DNA of 64,000 bases from Candidatus Onthoplasma sp. (GTDB taxonomy: Bacteria; Bacillota; Clostridia; Christensenellales; UBA1242). Below the pieces are notes generated by a model. The model was given only the letters and a program-made list of their open reading frames with translations. It had not been told where the DNA came from and made no database searches. The DNA is taken from the NCBI GenBank assembly GCA_045578345.1, contig JAZNKB010000006.1:38911-102910 (forward strand). Direction: 5' to 3'. Position 1 is the stretch's first letter. Each line of letters opens with the position of its first letter. Positions 20,001 through 30,861 of this stretch are shown here, piece by piece. A program made the translations under genes and the position numbers.

Positions 20001-21314
20001 ATGACTAAAAATCGTTCAAAAAGCTTATTCGTTATATTTAGTATTATTTTAGTTATATGTTTAATTGCATGTTTTGTTAATTTCACATATCCATTTTCTC
20101 TTAACGGTAACATTTATTCATATTCAAGTTTTGTTGACAACTTAAAACTTGGTGAAGATGTGAGCAGTTCGCTTAGAATCGTTTACCGTGCGGAACTTGG
20201 TGAGAATGAAGTTGACACAAATTATGATGAACTTAGAGCTTCAACAATGCTAGATTTAGAAAAAATCATCAAAGCAGAAGGATATAAAGACGTTGCCATA
20301 AGCGCATATGGTGAAGACGGAATTGTTGTTGAAGTTGGAAACATCTTAACATATGATGACAAAAATATTGTGACAAGTTTAATTGGAAATCCTGCCACAA
20401 TCAGTTTTTCAACCGAGTCTGATGGATCAAATCCATTTGCCGGAGCAAAACACATCAAAAGTGTTGATTCAATGCAGTATAACAACCCAGAAACAGGAGA
20501 AGTTTCTTATTTAGTTGTTGTTGAATTTAAAGATAAATATAAAAGCATGATTGAAGAAAAATCAACAGATTCAACTTTGTATATCTATTTGGGTGAAACT
20601 CAATTCGCACAATTGGACTATAGCGAAGGTGCAATAACCGATGGTATTATCTACTTACAAAGTTCAACTTTTGAAAGTTTGTTGGATGCAGCAACTTGTG
20701 AAAACCAAATTAAAGCAGGTATGTTGGATTTATCTTTAACACAAATTTCAAGCGATATGATTTCGCCAAGTTATGGACACAATGCAACATTCTGGCTTTC
20801 AATTGCTATGGCAATTGTTGCAATTGCAGTTTTGGTGTTCTTAATAGTTAAATATCGCCACGTTGGTTTGTTGGCAATGTTCAATTTGTTGTTCTATATT
20901 GTAATAGGTTTATTCTTGTTGCAATCTATTCCATTAACGCACTTTAATTTGGCAGGATTAATAGCAATGTTGATTTGCTTAATCTTAGCAACAGATGGAT
21001 TGGTATCTATTTTTGAAAAGGCAAAGGAACATTATCAAGCTGGAGCACAATTATTCATCTCATTCAGAGAATCACAAAAAGAGAATTTGTTTAAAATTAT
21101 ATTCTCACATGCAGTTCTTTTGATTGCGGGGCTTATTTGTGTGTTCATGCCTGTTCAAGCAGTACAATCTTTTGGTTGGGTGGCATTGGTGTTGTCTTTA
21201 GTCTCTGCATTCACAAACCTTGCATTGATGAGGTTGTTTATCAAAATGTATTTGGCGTTGAACAATGAAGATGGCAAAAAATGTAACTTCCACAAAGGAG
21301 GTAAAAATGCTTAA
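20001..21314 (+). CDS. secD: protein translocase subunit SecD (divergent)
   Basis: N-terminal TM, large extracytoplasmic domain, C-terminal multi-TM block ending LATDGLVSIFEKAKEHY. Start moved to ATG 20001 behind aaaaggag. Confidence 0.8.
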   Translation: MTKNRSKSLFVIFSIILVICLIACFVNFTYPFSLNGNIYSYSSFVDNLKLGEDVSSSLRIVYRAELGENEVDTNYDELRASTMLDLEKIIKAEGYKDVAISAYGEDGIVVEVGNILTYDDKNIVTSLIGNPATISFSTESDGSNPFAGAKHIKSVDSMQYNNPETGEVSYLVVVEFKDKYKSMIEEKSTDSTLYIYLGETQFAQLDYSEGAITDGIIYLQSSTFESLLDAATCENQIKAGMLDLSLTQISSDMISPSYGHNATFWLSIAMAIVAIAVLVFLIVKYRHVGLLAMFNLLFYIVIGLFLLQSIPLTHFNLAGLIAMLICLILATDGLVSIFEKAKEHYQAGAQLFISFRESQKENLFKIIFSHAVLLIAGLICVFMPVQAVQSFGWVALVLSLVSAFTNLALMRLFIKMYLALNNEDGKKCNFHKGGKNA

Positions 21315-22266
21315 AAGAGATTTTACAAAATCAAATAAAGTATATTTTAATAAAAACAAAAAGATATTGATATCAATTGCAGTTTTCTTGCTGGTTGGAA
21401 TTTTATTGTTTGCAATTTTGGGACTTAATGGAAATTTTGAAGTTGCTGGATATAATGAATTCTCAGTGACTGTAACAGAAAAGAAAGCAGAGGATTTAAG
21501 CAAATATCAAACTGATATTTCAACAATTGTAAATTCTCATGATGCAAAATTTGACAACATCAGAATTTACGGTGAAGGTGATGATACTAAATTAATTGTT
21601 AGATATCTTTATGATATAAGTGATATTGATGTTTTTGAAATTAACAAACTTGTTGCTGAAAAATTAGACGTTGATGTGTCAAATATTTCAGAACATACAA
21701 AAGTTGATCCTATCGTTAATAGCACTGATTATATTTACACAACTGCAGCAATTTTAATTCTTATGGTGATTGCATCAATCTTTGCTTATGCACGCTATAA
21801 TGGAGCGAGTGCCTTAACAATCATCTTTGCGAACATGTTGGGAACATTATCACTTCTTTCAATCAGTTCAATTTTAAGATTGGTTGTTGGTTCGAGTTAT
21901 TTGGCATTGCTTGTAATTCTTAATTTGTTAATTGATTATTTTGCCATAAACATTTTTGAAAGTATGCATAAATCAAGTTGGTTAATGTCAAGAGACTTTG
22001 GCACAGCAATTGAATCTGCTGTTAAAACCTCGAAATTTAGAATGGTTGCAATAACAGTTGGCTTGATGTTAATTGGTATTGTATTCGTGTTGTTTGTTCC
22101 TTCAGCAATCAAGTATGTAACATTAAATTTAATGTTCATGGCTGTTGTTTTATTGGCTGTTGGCTTGTATGTGATTCCTTTCCTTTGGAGCGCATTAATA
22201 ACAAAATGCAAGTTAAGAGATTACAAAATTAAAGCAAGCAAGGTTGAAGCAAGAAGAAGTAAATAA
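21307..22266 (+). CDS. secF: protein translocase subunit SecF (divergent)
   Basis: Same architecture as SecD. Overlaps the secD end. Start moved to ATG 21307 behind aaaggagg. Confidence 0.8.
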   Translation: MLKRDFTKSNKVYFNKNKKILISIAVFLLVGILLFAILGLNGNFEVAGYNEFSVTVTEKKAEDLSKYQTDISTIVNSHDAKFDNIRIYGEGDDTKLIVRYLYDISDIDVFEINKLVAEKLDVDVSNISEHTKVDPIVNSTDYIYTTAAILILMVIASIFAYARYNGASALTIIFANMLGTLSLLSISSILRLVVGSSYLALLVILNLLIDYFAINIFESMHKSSWLMSRDFGTAIESAVKTSKFRMVAITVGLMLIGIVFVLFVPSAIKYVTLNLMFMAVVLLAVGLYVIPFLWSALITKCKLRDYKIKASKVEARRSK

Positions 22267-22270
22267 GATA

Positions 22271-22296
22271 AAAACCTTTCAACTGAAAGGTTTTTT
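22271..22296 (+). terminator. intrinsic terminator after secF
   Basis: aaaacctttc / gaaaggtttt hairpin plus T-run. Confidence 0.8.
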
Positions 22297-22400
22297 CTTT
22301 GCAATAAATGAATCATGTTTTTAACAATTTATTAATAACTATTGCAATTAATGGAAAAATGATTTATAATAATAACATAAAGAGAATTTTACTTAAGACT

Positions 22401-24791
22401 ATGAAATATATTTGTACATTAAATGAAATAACAAATCAAGAATTTATAAACAAGATGTCAAAGATTTATAATTTAGACGAACGTCTTGTTCATCTTTTAT
22501 ATTCTCGTGGAATTGACACACAAGAAAAACTAAACAAATTTCTTCAACCAAGTTTGACAGATTTATATGATCCATTCATATTTGAAGATATGCAATCAGC
22601 GGTGGAATTGATTGAACAACACATATCAAAAAATAGCAAAATACTTATTTTTGGCGACTATGATGTGGATGGAATAAGTGCAAGTGCTATTTTAATTAAA
22701 TACTTTAATTCAGTTGGTGCGCGTGTTAGTAATTTCATGCCAAACAGATATGAAGATGGTTATGGGTTAACAATTGCAACAATAGATAAGATTTTTTCAC
22801 AAGATAAACCAGATTTAGTTATTACTGTTGACTGCGGTATCACTGGCGTTGAAGAAGTTGAATATATAAAAACTCAAGGAGTTGATATTCTTGTCACTGA
22901 TCATCACGAAAGAGGGGAAATTCTTCCAAATTGTTTAATAATAAATCCAAAAGTGAGTGAATCATATCCGTTTAAAGCGCTATGTGGTGCAGGTGTTGCA
23001 TTGAAACTTGTGCAAGCATTAGCTGGACTTACTGTTGCTAGTGAATATATACCAATTTGCGCAATTGCAACCATTGCCGATATTGTTGAACTTCTTGATG
23101 AAAACAGAACAATTGTATCCCTAGGAATCAAAAATATGCACAAAGCACCAGTTGGTGTGTTGAAATTAATGCATGAATGTGGTCTTCATGAGAGTAATTG
23201 TAAAGCTAGCGACATTGCCTTCAAACTTGCGCCAAAAATCAATGCAAGTGGACGTATGGGTTCAGCGGAAACAAGCCTTGAACTATATATGGAAGAAAAT
23301 GCAAATAACATTAAAAAGATATGCAATCAAATTTTAAACTATAATAATCAACGTCAACAACTTTGTGATAGAGTGTATAATGATGTTAAGTCAGAACTTA
23401 AAACATTAAATATATTCAGGATTAATGCAATTGTTATGTCAAGTCCAGAATGGGATAGTGGGATATTGGGGATTGTTTCAGCTCGTATTGCAGAAGAATT
23501 TCACAGACCAACATTCTTGTTCAGTCAAGTTGAAGATGAGTTGACTGGTTCTTGCAGAAGTGTTAATGGGGTGAATGTTCACACATTGCTAAGCAGTATG
23601 TCACATCTTCTTGCTAAGTTTGGTGGTCATCCAATGGCGGCAGGTTTAACTCTTAAAGTTGAGAACTTTGATGAGTTTATGCGTCTTACAAATGAATATG
23701 TTGCTCAAAATTTAAATAAGGTTGACTTTTTGCCAACGAAATCATATGATTTTGCTCTTGATGAGAATGAAATAACATTAAAACTTGTTGAAGACATTGA
23801 TAAATTAGAGCCATGTGGGCATATGAATGCTCGTCCAATCTTTAATTTTAAACTTAAAAATGCAGTTGTAAGCAGTCTTCCAAAGCATCCACAGCATTTG
23901 GTGTTGACATATCCAAATTTCAGTTTGCTTGCGTTTAATTCAAGTGATAAATACTTTGTTTTATCTGGGAATACATCTTGCAATTTATTGGCAGATTTGA
24001 GTATTGACACTTTCAGAAATTCAAAGAAAATTTCAGGAATTGTTAAATCTGTTGATTATGAAGATATATACCGCCCACAAGATAATGATATTTTATTAGC
24101 AGAATATGTTCGTCAAATTATTTATCCGCTGGACGGAACATACACTTTCAACAACTATAATCGTGATCAATTGATAAGGTTGATTGTTGATATGGAAAAA
24201 ACTGTGTATGGAACACTTATTGTTGCGAATGACTATAACACATACATCAATTTTAAAGCAATTTATGACAGCAATAACATAATAAAGAATAGAGTGATGA
24301 ATATTGCCGACGAAACAGGATTGAACACAATTGTGCTTGCTCCAACAAATTTTGATTGTTTCAACACATTTAGTCGAATTATTTTCCTTGATCCGATTTT
24401 AAATATGGGTTATTTGGCAGCGTTACAAAAAGCAACAAAATCAACAATATACTTACCGCATGGTCAAGATCTTCATTATTCAATTTTGGATTCAATTGAT
24501 TTAAGTAGAAATGAATTTGGAAGATATTTTAGACTAATTCAATTTGCAATGGAGAATAAAATAACTGGATATTACACTTATAACTTGTTTAAAAATATCT
24601 TAACTAAGATCAAAGATAAGGCCAATTATTCATATCTTCAATTCTTTGTATGCTTGCAAGTATTTAAAGAATTGGGAATTGTTGTAACTAATGAAGATGA
24701 TACTGAAATATCAAAAATCACCACCGTAAAAAACCCATTAAATGCAAGTTCTTTCTACAATCGCTTGAACACAATGAAAACAAAAAAGTAA
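22401..24791 (+). CDS. recJ: single-stranded-DNA-specific exonuclease RecJ
   Basis: DHH motifs IFGDYDVDGISAS, VDCG, VTDHHE, and DHHA1 GGHPMAAG. Start uncertain (22308 or 22401). Confidence 0.92.
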   Translation: MKYICTLNEITNQEFINKMSKIYNLDERLVHLLYSRGIDTQEKLNKFLQPSLTDLYDPFIFEDMQSAVELIEQHISKNSKILIFGDYDVDGISASAILIKYFNSVGARVSNFMPNRYEDGYGLTIATIDKIFSQDKPDLVITVDCGITGVEEVEYIKTQGVDILVTDHHERGEILPNCLIINPKVSESYPFKALCGAGVALKLVQALAGLTVASEYIPICAIATIADIVELLDENRTIVSLGIKNMHKAPVGVLKLMHECGLHESNCKASDIAFKLAPKINASGRMGSAETSLELYMEENANNIKKICNQILNYNNQRQQLCDRVYNDVKSELKTLNIFRINAIVMSSPEWDSGILGIVSARIAEEFHRPTFLFSQVEDELTGSCRSVNGVNVHTLLSSMSHLLAKFGGHPMAAGLTLKVENFDEFMRLTNEYVAQNLNKVDFLPTKSYDFALDENEITLKLVEDIDKLEPCGHMNARPIFNFKLKNAVVSSLPKHPQHLVLTYPNFSLLAFNSSDKYFVLSGNTSCNLLADLSIDTFRNSKKISGIVKSVDYEDIYRPQDNDILLAEYVRQIIYPLDGTYTFNNYNRDQLIRLIVDMEKTVYGTLIVANDYNTYINFKAIYDSNNIIKNRVMNIADETGLNTIVLAPTNFDCFNTFSRIIFLDPILNMGYLAALQKATKSTIYLPHGQDLHYSILDSIDLSRNEFGRYFRLIQFAMENKITGYYTYNLFKNILTKIKDKANYSYLQFFVCLQVFKELGIVVTNEDDTEISKITTVKNPLNASSFYNRLNTMKTKK

Positions 24792-24821
24792 GGATAAAAC
24801 TTTGATAATTAAATTTAAATG

Positions 24822-24850
24822 CATACATTATATGGTGTATGTATTTTTTT
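24822..24850 (+). terminator. intrinsic terminator after recJ
   Basis: cataca / tgtatg hairpin plus T-run. Confidence 0.65.
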
Positions 24851-24967
24851 GTTTTGGAAGATATTGTATATTTGAATTTTTTTTTGAGATAACAGAATTT
24901 AGAAAATAATAATGAAAATTGTTTGCTTATAAGCTTTAAATTTGATATAATAATAACGGAGTAAATT

Positions 24968-25654
24968 TTGTTATACTATATTTTATTTAATTCAGATTTA
25001 ACAGCAAAAGATGCGGTAATTCATTTTTTAATTACCATTTTTGTTTACATGGTTTCGCTTTCTATTCATGAATTTGCTCATGCATTTGCGGCATATAAGT
25101 GTGGTGATCCAACAGCAAAAATGGCCGGAAGAATGACCTTAAATCCGTTAAAGCATCTTGATATGTTTGGGTTCTTTCTATTTATATTTTTAGGTATTGG
25201 TTGGGCAAAACCGGTGCCAGTAAATCCTTTAAATTTCAAAAAATATAAAACAGGAACAAGAATTGTTTCAATTGTTGGTGTAACAGCCAATTTATTGCTT
25301 GGTTTGATCTCTGCTGGCACTGTTGCAGTGTTGATTTCAACTGTTGGCGCAGGTGGTGTTGCACTTGGATATGTTTATAGCATTTTAATGTATTTTATGC
25401 TTGTTAACAGTTTTTTGTTTATGTTTAATATTTTGCCAATTCCACCAATGGACGGGTTTAATTTCATAACAACATTTATGAAAGGTGAAAATAAATTCAT
25501 CAAATTTATGCTAAAAAATGGTTTTAGGCTTTTAATAGGGATTATTTTAGTAACTTCACTTATAGATTTGTTTTTTGGATTTGATATTTTTACTGAATAT
25601 TTAGCGTTGTTGTATAATTATGTTTTTAGATATATTTGTTTAATAGGGGCTTAA
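24968..25654 (+). CDS. site-2 protease family (M50) membrane metalloprotease
   Basis: HEFAHAFAA zinc motif in a TM helix, plus a later PIPPMDG motif. TTG start. Confidence 0.85.
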   Translation: MLYYILFNSDLTAKDAVIHFLITIFVYMVSLSIHEFAHAFAAYKCGDPTAKMAGRMTLNPLKHLDMFGFFLFIFLGIGWAKPVPVNPLNFKKYKTGTRIVSIVGVTANLLLGLISAGTVAVLISTVGAGGVALGYVYSILMYFMLVNSFLFMFNILPIPPMDGFNFITTFMKGENKFIKFMLKNGFRLLIGIILVTSLIDLFFGFDIFTEYLALLYNYVFRYICLIGA

Positions 25655-25656
25655 TT

Positions 25657-26409
25657 GTGGAAGAGATTGAAAACTTAGAAAGTTCATCAGCTTTAACATT
25701 TTCATTTGAGGGGTTTGAAGGACCTCTCGATGTTTTGCTGCACTTGATTTCAGAAAACAATATGGATATCAAAACGGTAAAACTTGCTGCAATCACTGAT
25801 CAATATTTGCATTACATTGAAAATATGGACACTCTTGATATGGATGATGCAACAGCCTTCTTAGATATGGCAAGTAGATTATTGCTTATTAAATCAAAAT
25901 CACTTCTTCCAGTGGAACAAGAAGAAGAGGAAATTGAAGAAATGGATGATGAAACGAGACTTCGAATTCAACTTCAAGAATATCAGTTGTTTAAAGAAGC
26001 AGGTGGAACTCTTCAACAACAAGAAAATGTTGACAGATTATATAAACAACCAGACAAAAATGTGGGGGATGCTAGAATTGTGTTTAACCAATTCAATTTG
26101 GAAAAACTTCTTGATGCTTTTGCTTTTATTTTGATGAGAACAAAAGACAAAGAAAATCCGCAAGAAAAGAAAATAAGTAGAGATCGTTGGACAGTTCAAG
26201 ATAAAATGCAGTTTTTATCTAATATTTTAAAAGACACTGAAGAAATAAATTTCTTTAGTTTGTTTGATGAAACTTATTCAAAAATGGAAATAATTACGGT
26301 TTTCATGGCAATACTCGAAATGTTAAAATTTCAAAAAATTGAAGTTGTTCAATCTGAACGTTATGCGGATATAAAAATCAAAAGAAAGGAGGTTCGTGAT
26401 GAGTCTTAA
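25657..26409 (+). CDS. scpA: segregation and condensation protein A
   Basis: FEGPLDVLLHLI......DI....L..ITDQYL.Y. GTG 25657 preferred over TTG 25636. Confidence 0.9.
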   Translation: MEEIENLESSSALTFSFEGFEGPLDVLLHLISENNMDIKTVKLAAITDQYLHYIENMDTLDMDDATAFLDMASRLLLIKSKSLLPVEQEEEEIEEMDDETRLRIQLQEYQLFKEAGGTLQQQENVDRLYKQPDKNVGDARIVFNQFNLEKLLDAFAFILMRTKDKENPQEKKISRDRWTVQDKMQFLSNILKDTEEINFFSLFDETYSKMEIITVFMAILEMLKFQKIEVVQSERYADIKIKRKEVRDES

Positions 26410-27052
26410 AGAAATTGCAAAAATCATTGAAGGAGTGCTTTTTGTTTCTGGCGAAGGTGTTCCAATTGATGAGTTTAAATCTCGATTTGAAATGAATGAC
26501 AGAGAGTTCAACAAATGTCTTGATATTTTAAAAGAGAAATACAATGCAGAGAGTGGAATCAATGTTATTACATATAAAAACAAAGTTCAACTTTGCTCAA
26601 ACCCTGAAATTGTTGAAAACATAAGCGAAATCTTAAATCCAATAAGGGAAAGAAGTTTAACAAAGGCAGCCATGGAAACTGTTGCGATTGTTGCTTATAA
26701 GCAACCTGTAACTCGTATTGATATTGAAAATATTCGTGGTGTTAATTGTGATTATGCAATTCAACTTCTTCAAGCAAACAACTTAATTGAAGTTGTTGGA
26801 CGAAAAGACACTGTCGGAAAACCTGTTTTATTTGGAACAACTGAAAACTTCTTAAAACGTTTTGAACTTAATTCTTTGGAAGATCTTCCAAACTATAACG
26901 AACTTCTTGATAGAATTAGAGTTATTCACAGTGATGGTGAAAGCTTATATCGTGAATTTAAGATTCCAGATGAAGAAACAGCAGAAACAGAACAAAGTCA
27001 AGATAACGTTGTTTCTGAAACTGAAATAAAAAAAGAAACTGAGCAAGAATAG
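26396..27052 (+). CDS. scpB: segregation and condensation protein B
   Basis: IEGVLFVSGEGV and ETVAIVAYKQPVTRIDIENIRGV. Confidence 0.92.
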   Translation: MMSLKEIAKIIEGVLFVSGEGVPIDEFKSRFEMNDREFNKCLDILKEKYNAESGINVITYKNKVQLCSNPEIVENISEILNPIRERSLTKAAMETVAIVAYKQPVTRIDIENIRGVNCDYAIQLLQANNLIEVVGRKDTVGKPVLFGTTENFLKRFELNSLEDLPNYNELLDRIRVIHSDGESLYREFKIPDEETAETEQSQDNVVSETEIKKETEQE

Positions 27053-27063
27053 ATTGGTGTGGT

Positions 27064-27603
27064 ATGGTTGGAAATATTTTAGTGCTTGCTTATCCAGGGT
27101 GTGGTAAAACTTTTGTTGCTGAAAACTATAACGATGTAAGTGATTTTGAATTTCAGCACTATAGATATGATTATGGTAAATATAAAGAATTACCATTGGA
27201 AAAACTCAAAGGCAGAACAGAAATTAGAACACCTAAAGAAGATTGGCCTAATAACTTTATTAAAGATCTTGAAAAAGAATTAAAAAAAAGAAAGTGCGTT
27301 TTAGTTCCATTTGCAACTTCTTTAATCCCATATTTAGAATATTTTGAAAAACAAAACATTAGAATAATCATTGCAATACAAAGTAAGGATTCTTTTGATG
27401 ATTTAATTGAAACACTAAAAAAAAGAGGAAATGATTTCGAATTCATTGAAAGAAGGAAAAATGATTTTTTAAAAGTACATAGTATCATAGAAAATTTAAA
27501 ATATGAAAAGGTTTATTTAAATAAAAACGAATATTTGTATGATGCTTTCTTAAAATTAGGAATTACCTTAACAAAAGGTAAGGGATATAAAAATTACAAA
27601 TAA
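27064..27603 (+). CDS. hypothetical P-loop NTPase
   Basis: Walker A-like AYPGCGKTF near the N-terminus. Otherwise orphan. Confidence 0.6.
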   Translation: MVGNILVLAYPGCGKTFVAENYNDVSDFEFQHYRYDYGKYKELPLEKLKGRTEIRTPKEDWPNNFIKDLEKELKKRKCVLVPFATSLIPYLEYFEKQNIRIIIAIQSKDSFDDLIETLKKRGNDFEFIERRKNDFLKVHSIIENLKYEKVYLNKNEYLYDAFLKLGITLTKGKGYKNYK

Positions 27604-27643
27604 CAAAATACATAAAAATAATTCAAAGTAAGATACTACAATT

Positions 27644-28201
27644 ATGTGGCGTCTTATTTTTTCTTTTTTAACATTTTTAAACATTTGGCAGTTTGTTTAT
27701 CCTTTCTTGATTAAGTTCGAAATCAAGTTAAATGCACTTAAATTAAAGGGTGGAATAAGTGTCAAGTTTTTCAATAAAATCAAATTTGAGTTTAAATTTA
27801 GAGTTAAAAATGGCTATATTTATTTGTATTTCAACAACAAAGAGCGTAAGGAAAAAATTGATAAGAAAAACATCAATATTGTGTTTGTTTTAAATCTAAT
27901 AAACCAATTATATTTCAGACATCAGTTGTTGAATTGTAATTTGACATCTAACTTTGGTTTTGTGCTTGACTCAATGATAACTGCAACCACTTGTGGTATT
28001 GTTGATGTTTTGAGCAAATGTGTTTTAAGTAAAGTTAAAAATAATAAAAAATCAGCACATATTTTTGTTGAAGTTAATCCAAAATATAATGAAGATATTT
28101 TCAACTTACGATTGGTTTACGAAATGCGAATGAGTGTGGTTGATATAATTTACACTTTTGTGTTCACAATCATCCGCACAATACAAAACAAAGTTTGTTA
28201 G
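27644..28201 (+). CDS. hypothetical protein, possibly YtfI/DUF2953-like (by position upstream of ytfJ)
   Basis: N-terminal hydrophobic segment. Lies immediately upstream of the ytfJ homologue, as ytfI does in Bacillus. Confidence 0.45.
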   Translation: MWRLIFSFLTFLNIWQFVYPFLIKFEIKLNALKLKGGISVKFFNKIKFEFKFRVKNGYIYLYFNNKERKEKIDKKNINIVFVLNLINQLYFRHQLLNCNLTSNFGFVLDSMITATTCGIVDVLSKCVLSKVKNNKKSAHIFVEVNPKYNEDIFNLRLVYEMRMSVVDIIYTFVFTIIRTIQNKVC

Positions 28202-28278
28202 TTGCTTTTGCTAAGCGCATTCATTTAGGCACACTTTGATGCAAAGTGACCAAAATTCATGCTAAGTCGCAAAAGCAA
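28202..28278 (+). repeat. family B hairpin starting at the stop codon
   Basis: Perfect 10-bp stem ttgcttttgc/gcaaaagcaa. The loop ends in catgctaagtc. Inner hairpin cactttg/caaagtg. Confidence 0.75.
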
Positions 28279-28327
28279 TCAAACATCACTTAAAGAAAAA
28301 GAGGTTTTGCTATTAAAAAGGATGTTT

Positions 28328-28356
28328 GTCAGCGAAACGCAGTGCAGTCGAATAAA
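28328..28356 (+). repeat. degenerate family A copy
   Basis: gtcagcgaaacgcagtgcagtcgaa aligns with gtcatcctgagcggaacgaagtgcagtcgaa at 30811-30841, with a deletion. Confidence 0.55.
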
Positions 28357-28380
28357 ATCACAATAAAAAAAGGAGTTAAA

Positions 28381-28788
28381 ATGAAAAAAGATAGAGTTGA
28401 TTTAGGTGAAGAGAGAAAAATTGAAAGTCTGGTGGATGTGTCGTTAGATAAAATTAGAAGTCTTATTGATGTGAATTGCGTAATTGGTTCTGCAATCAGT
28501 ATGCCTGATGGAAGTCAAATTATTCCTATTTCAAAAGTGAGTGTTGGTTTTGTTTCTGGTGGTGGTGAATATAATGATTTAAACGCAAAAAGAAATTCAG
28601 CAGATTTTCCAATGGCAGGTGGAACTGGTGGAGGATTTACGGTTTCTCCAATTGGTTTTTTTGTGGTTGATAACAATAAGTTCAAACTCATTCGTGCAGA
28701 TAAGTCTAGTGCATATATCGGACTTATTAAAAATGCCACTGAAGTAATGAAAAAGTTTGTGGAGAAACTCAAAAATGAGAAAACTTAA
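28381..28788 (+). CDS. ytfJ: sporulation protein YtfJ (GerW family)
   Basis: IPISKVSVGFVSGGGEY and GGTGGGFTVSPIGFFVV. Start moved to ATG 28381 behind aaaggag. Confidence 0.85.
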   Translation: MKKDRVDLGEERKIESLVDVSLDKIRSLIDVNCVIGSAISMPDGSQIIPISKVSVGFVSGGGEYNDLNAKRNSADFPMAGGTGGGFTVSPIGFFVVDNNKFKLIRADKSSAYIGLIKNATEVMKKFVEKLKNEKT

Positions 28789-29932
28789 ATATTTTAGTTT
28801 GATTTTTATAGTGTGTTTGCTTGTTTTATGCTCAACAATTAGTACAAAAATGCAAATTTTCGCTGTTGAAACCTTAAACTTCAACACAAGTGCAAAAGCA
28901 ATGTGTGTGCTTGAAAAGGATAGCAGACGTGTTGTTGCCAGCAAGAATATGAGTGAGAAACTCCCAATGGCGTCAACAACAAAAATTGTAACAGCAATAA
29001 CCGTAATTCAAAATTGTAACAATATTGATGAAATAATTCAAGTGGATGACTCAGCAATTGGTGTTGAAGGTTCATCAATATATCTTAGAAAAGGTGAATT
29101 GATGAGCATTAAGGATTTGTTGTATGGCTTAATGCTAAGAAGCGGAAATGATAGCGCGGTGGCACTTGCTTGCCACATTGGAGGAAGCGTTGAAGGATTT
29201 TCTCATTTGATGAACGAAACTGCAAAAAATGCTGGAGCCACAAACTCAAATTTTGTTACTCCACACGGACTTGATCATAAAGATCATTTCACAACAGCAT
29301 ATGATTTGGCGTGTATTTCTGCATATGCTTTAAATAATCCGATTTTTAAAGAAATTGTTTCAACTAAAATGCATATTGCGTCTGAAACAAACAAAAGTGA
29401 AAAACGATATATGAGCAATAAGAATCGCTTGTTAAATAGTTTAAGTGGTTGTGTCGGTGTGAAAACTGGATATACAAAACGTGCAGGAAGATGTTTGGTT
29501 TCAGCAACAGAAAGAGAGGGTGAGACATTTGTTTGTGTTGTGTTAAATTGTGGCCCAATGTTTGAAGAAAGTGCAAGTTTGTTAAATATGGCACATGAAT
29601 TATATGATAACAAGAAGATAATTGACAAAAATAGAGAAATTTTCAATGAATATATTATAGATAAAAAAGAAGGTAAACTATATCTTTATCCTGAAGAAGA
29701 TTTTTTCTATCCTGTAACTCAAAGCGAAATTGATAAATTGAAACTTGAGTACATTGTTAAGCTTGATGACGCCAAAGTGGGTGACGTTGTTGGTGAAATT
29801 AAAGTTTTTTTTGAAAATGACTTGCTTAAAACCATAAAATTAGTTACAATGAATAAAATTGATAAACTAATAGAGAATGAAACTCTAAAAATTAGCGAAA
29901 TTTTATGGGAAGAAAAGGTAAATGAGAATTAA
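28775..29932 (+). CDS. D-alanyl-D-alanine carboxypeptidase (S11, PBP5 type)
   Basis: Signal peptide. SxxK = ASTTKI, SxN = RSGND, KTG = VKTGYT. Confidence 0.9.
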   Translation: MRKLKYFSLIFIVCLLVLCSTISTKMQIFAVETLNFNTSAKAMCVLEKDSRRVVASKNMSEKLPMASTTKIVTAITVIQNCNNIDEIIQVDDSAIGVEGSSIYLRKGELMSIKDLLYGLMLRSGNDSAVALACHIGGSVEGFSHLMNETAKNAGATNSNFVTPHGLDHKDHFTTAYDLACISAYALNNPIFKEIVSTKMHIASETNKSEKRYMSNKNRLLNSLSGCVGVKTGYTKRAGRCLVSATEREGETFVCVVLNCGPMFEESASLLNMAHELYDNKKIIDKNREIFNEYIIDKKEGKLYLYPEEDFFYPVTQSEIDKLKLEYIVKLDDAKVGDVVGEIKVFFENDLLKTIKLVTMNKIDKLIENETLKISEILWEEKVNEN

Positions 29933-30629
29933 TAAATATTTAGCGCTTGCGGGGCTTGGAAGCAGAAGAAGTGTTGAAGTTTTAATAACAACTGGTAAAA
30001 TTAAGGTTAATGGCAAAGTTGTTCGTGATCTTTCAACCGATGTTAAAGATACAGATAATGTGCAATTTAATAATAAACCTGTTAAGGTTTCAACAAACTT
30101 TGTGTATTATAAACTTCATAAACCGAAAGGGTATGTAACAACTGTTGATGATGACAAAGAACGAAAAACGGTTATGGATTTGCTTCGCGGTGTTCATGCA
30201 AGGGTGTATCCTGTTGGTAGATTAGATTATGACACAGAAGGCTTGCTTCTTTTCACAAATGACGGTGATATAACAAATATTTTAACGCGCCCAAGCAGTG
30301 AAGTTGAAAAGACCTACACAGTTCATATTGAAGGTGTTATCACAAAAGATGAAATTCAACGTCTTGCCGGAGGAATTGATATTGGTGGATATGTAACTAA
30401 ACCTTGCAGAGTTCAATTAGTTGAAGAACTTGATAAAATCACTAAACTTAAAGTTACAATTAGTGAAGGAAAGAATCGTCAAATTCGTAAGATGTTTGAA
30501 GTGATAGGAAAAAATATAACACTTTTGCGCCGTGTTCAAATTGGCGAAATTACCCTTGGTGGGCTTTCTCGTGGTGAATACGCACCGCTTAATGCAAAAG
30601 AACTAAAATATTTAAGAAGTTTAAGATAA
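29922..30629 (+). CDS. rluB: 23S rRNA pseudouridine synthase, RluB/RsuA family
   Basis: S4 domain MRINKYLA..G.GSRR, catalytic GRLDYDTEGLLLFTNDG. Confidence 0.92.
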   Translation: MRINKYLALAGLGSRRSVEVLITTGKIKVNGKVVRDLSTDVKDTDNVQFNNKPVKVSTNFVYYKLHKPKGYVTTVDDDKERKTVMDLLRGVHARVYPVGRLDYDTEGLLLFTNDGDITNILTRPSSEVEKTYTVHIEGVITKDEIQRLAGGIDIGGYVTKPCRVQLVEELDKITKLKVTISEGKNRQIRKMFEVIGKNITLLRRVQIGEITLGGLSRGEYAPLNAKELKYLRSLR

Positions 30630-30632
30630 CTC

Positions 30633-30687
30633 GAATCGTTGCGTTTCGCTTAAATGCTACGCAAAGTCGCAAAACGCAATCAATTCT
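30633..30687 (+). repeat. family B hairpin just after the rluB stop codon
   Basis: Stem ttgcgttt/aaacgcaa plus outer gaat/attc. The loop ends in ctacgcaaagtc. Confidence 0.7.
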
Positions 30688-30810
30688 CGTTTAAAGGTTA
30701 AGAGGATTATATATATGCTCGAAGCTTTCACCGCTAACTAAGTTGATTTTCTTAAGCACTTAAGAAGAGTGGTTATTAAATCAAAAGTTGTTCGGGCGAA
30801 ACCTTCTCGT

Positions 30811-30853
30811 GTCATCCTGAGCGGAACGAAGTGCAGTCGAAAGATCCCCAAAA
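30811..30853 (+). repeat. family A repeat, long form
   Basis: gtcatcctgagcggaacgaagtgcagtcgaaagatccccaaaa. Confidence 0.85.
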
Positions 30854-30861
30854 TGATATAT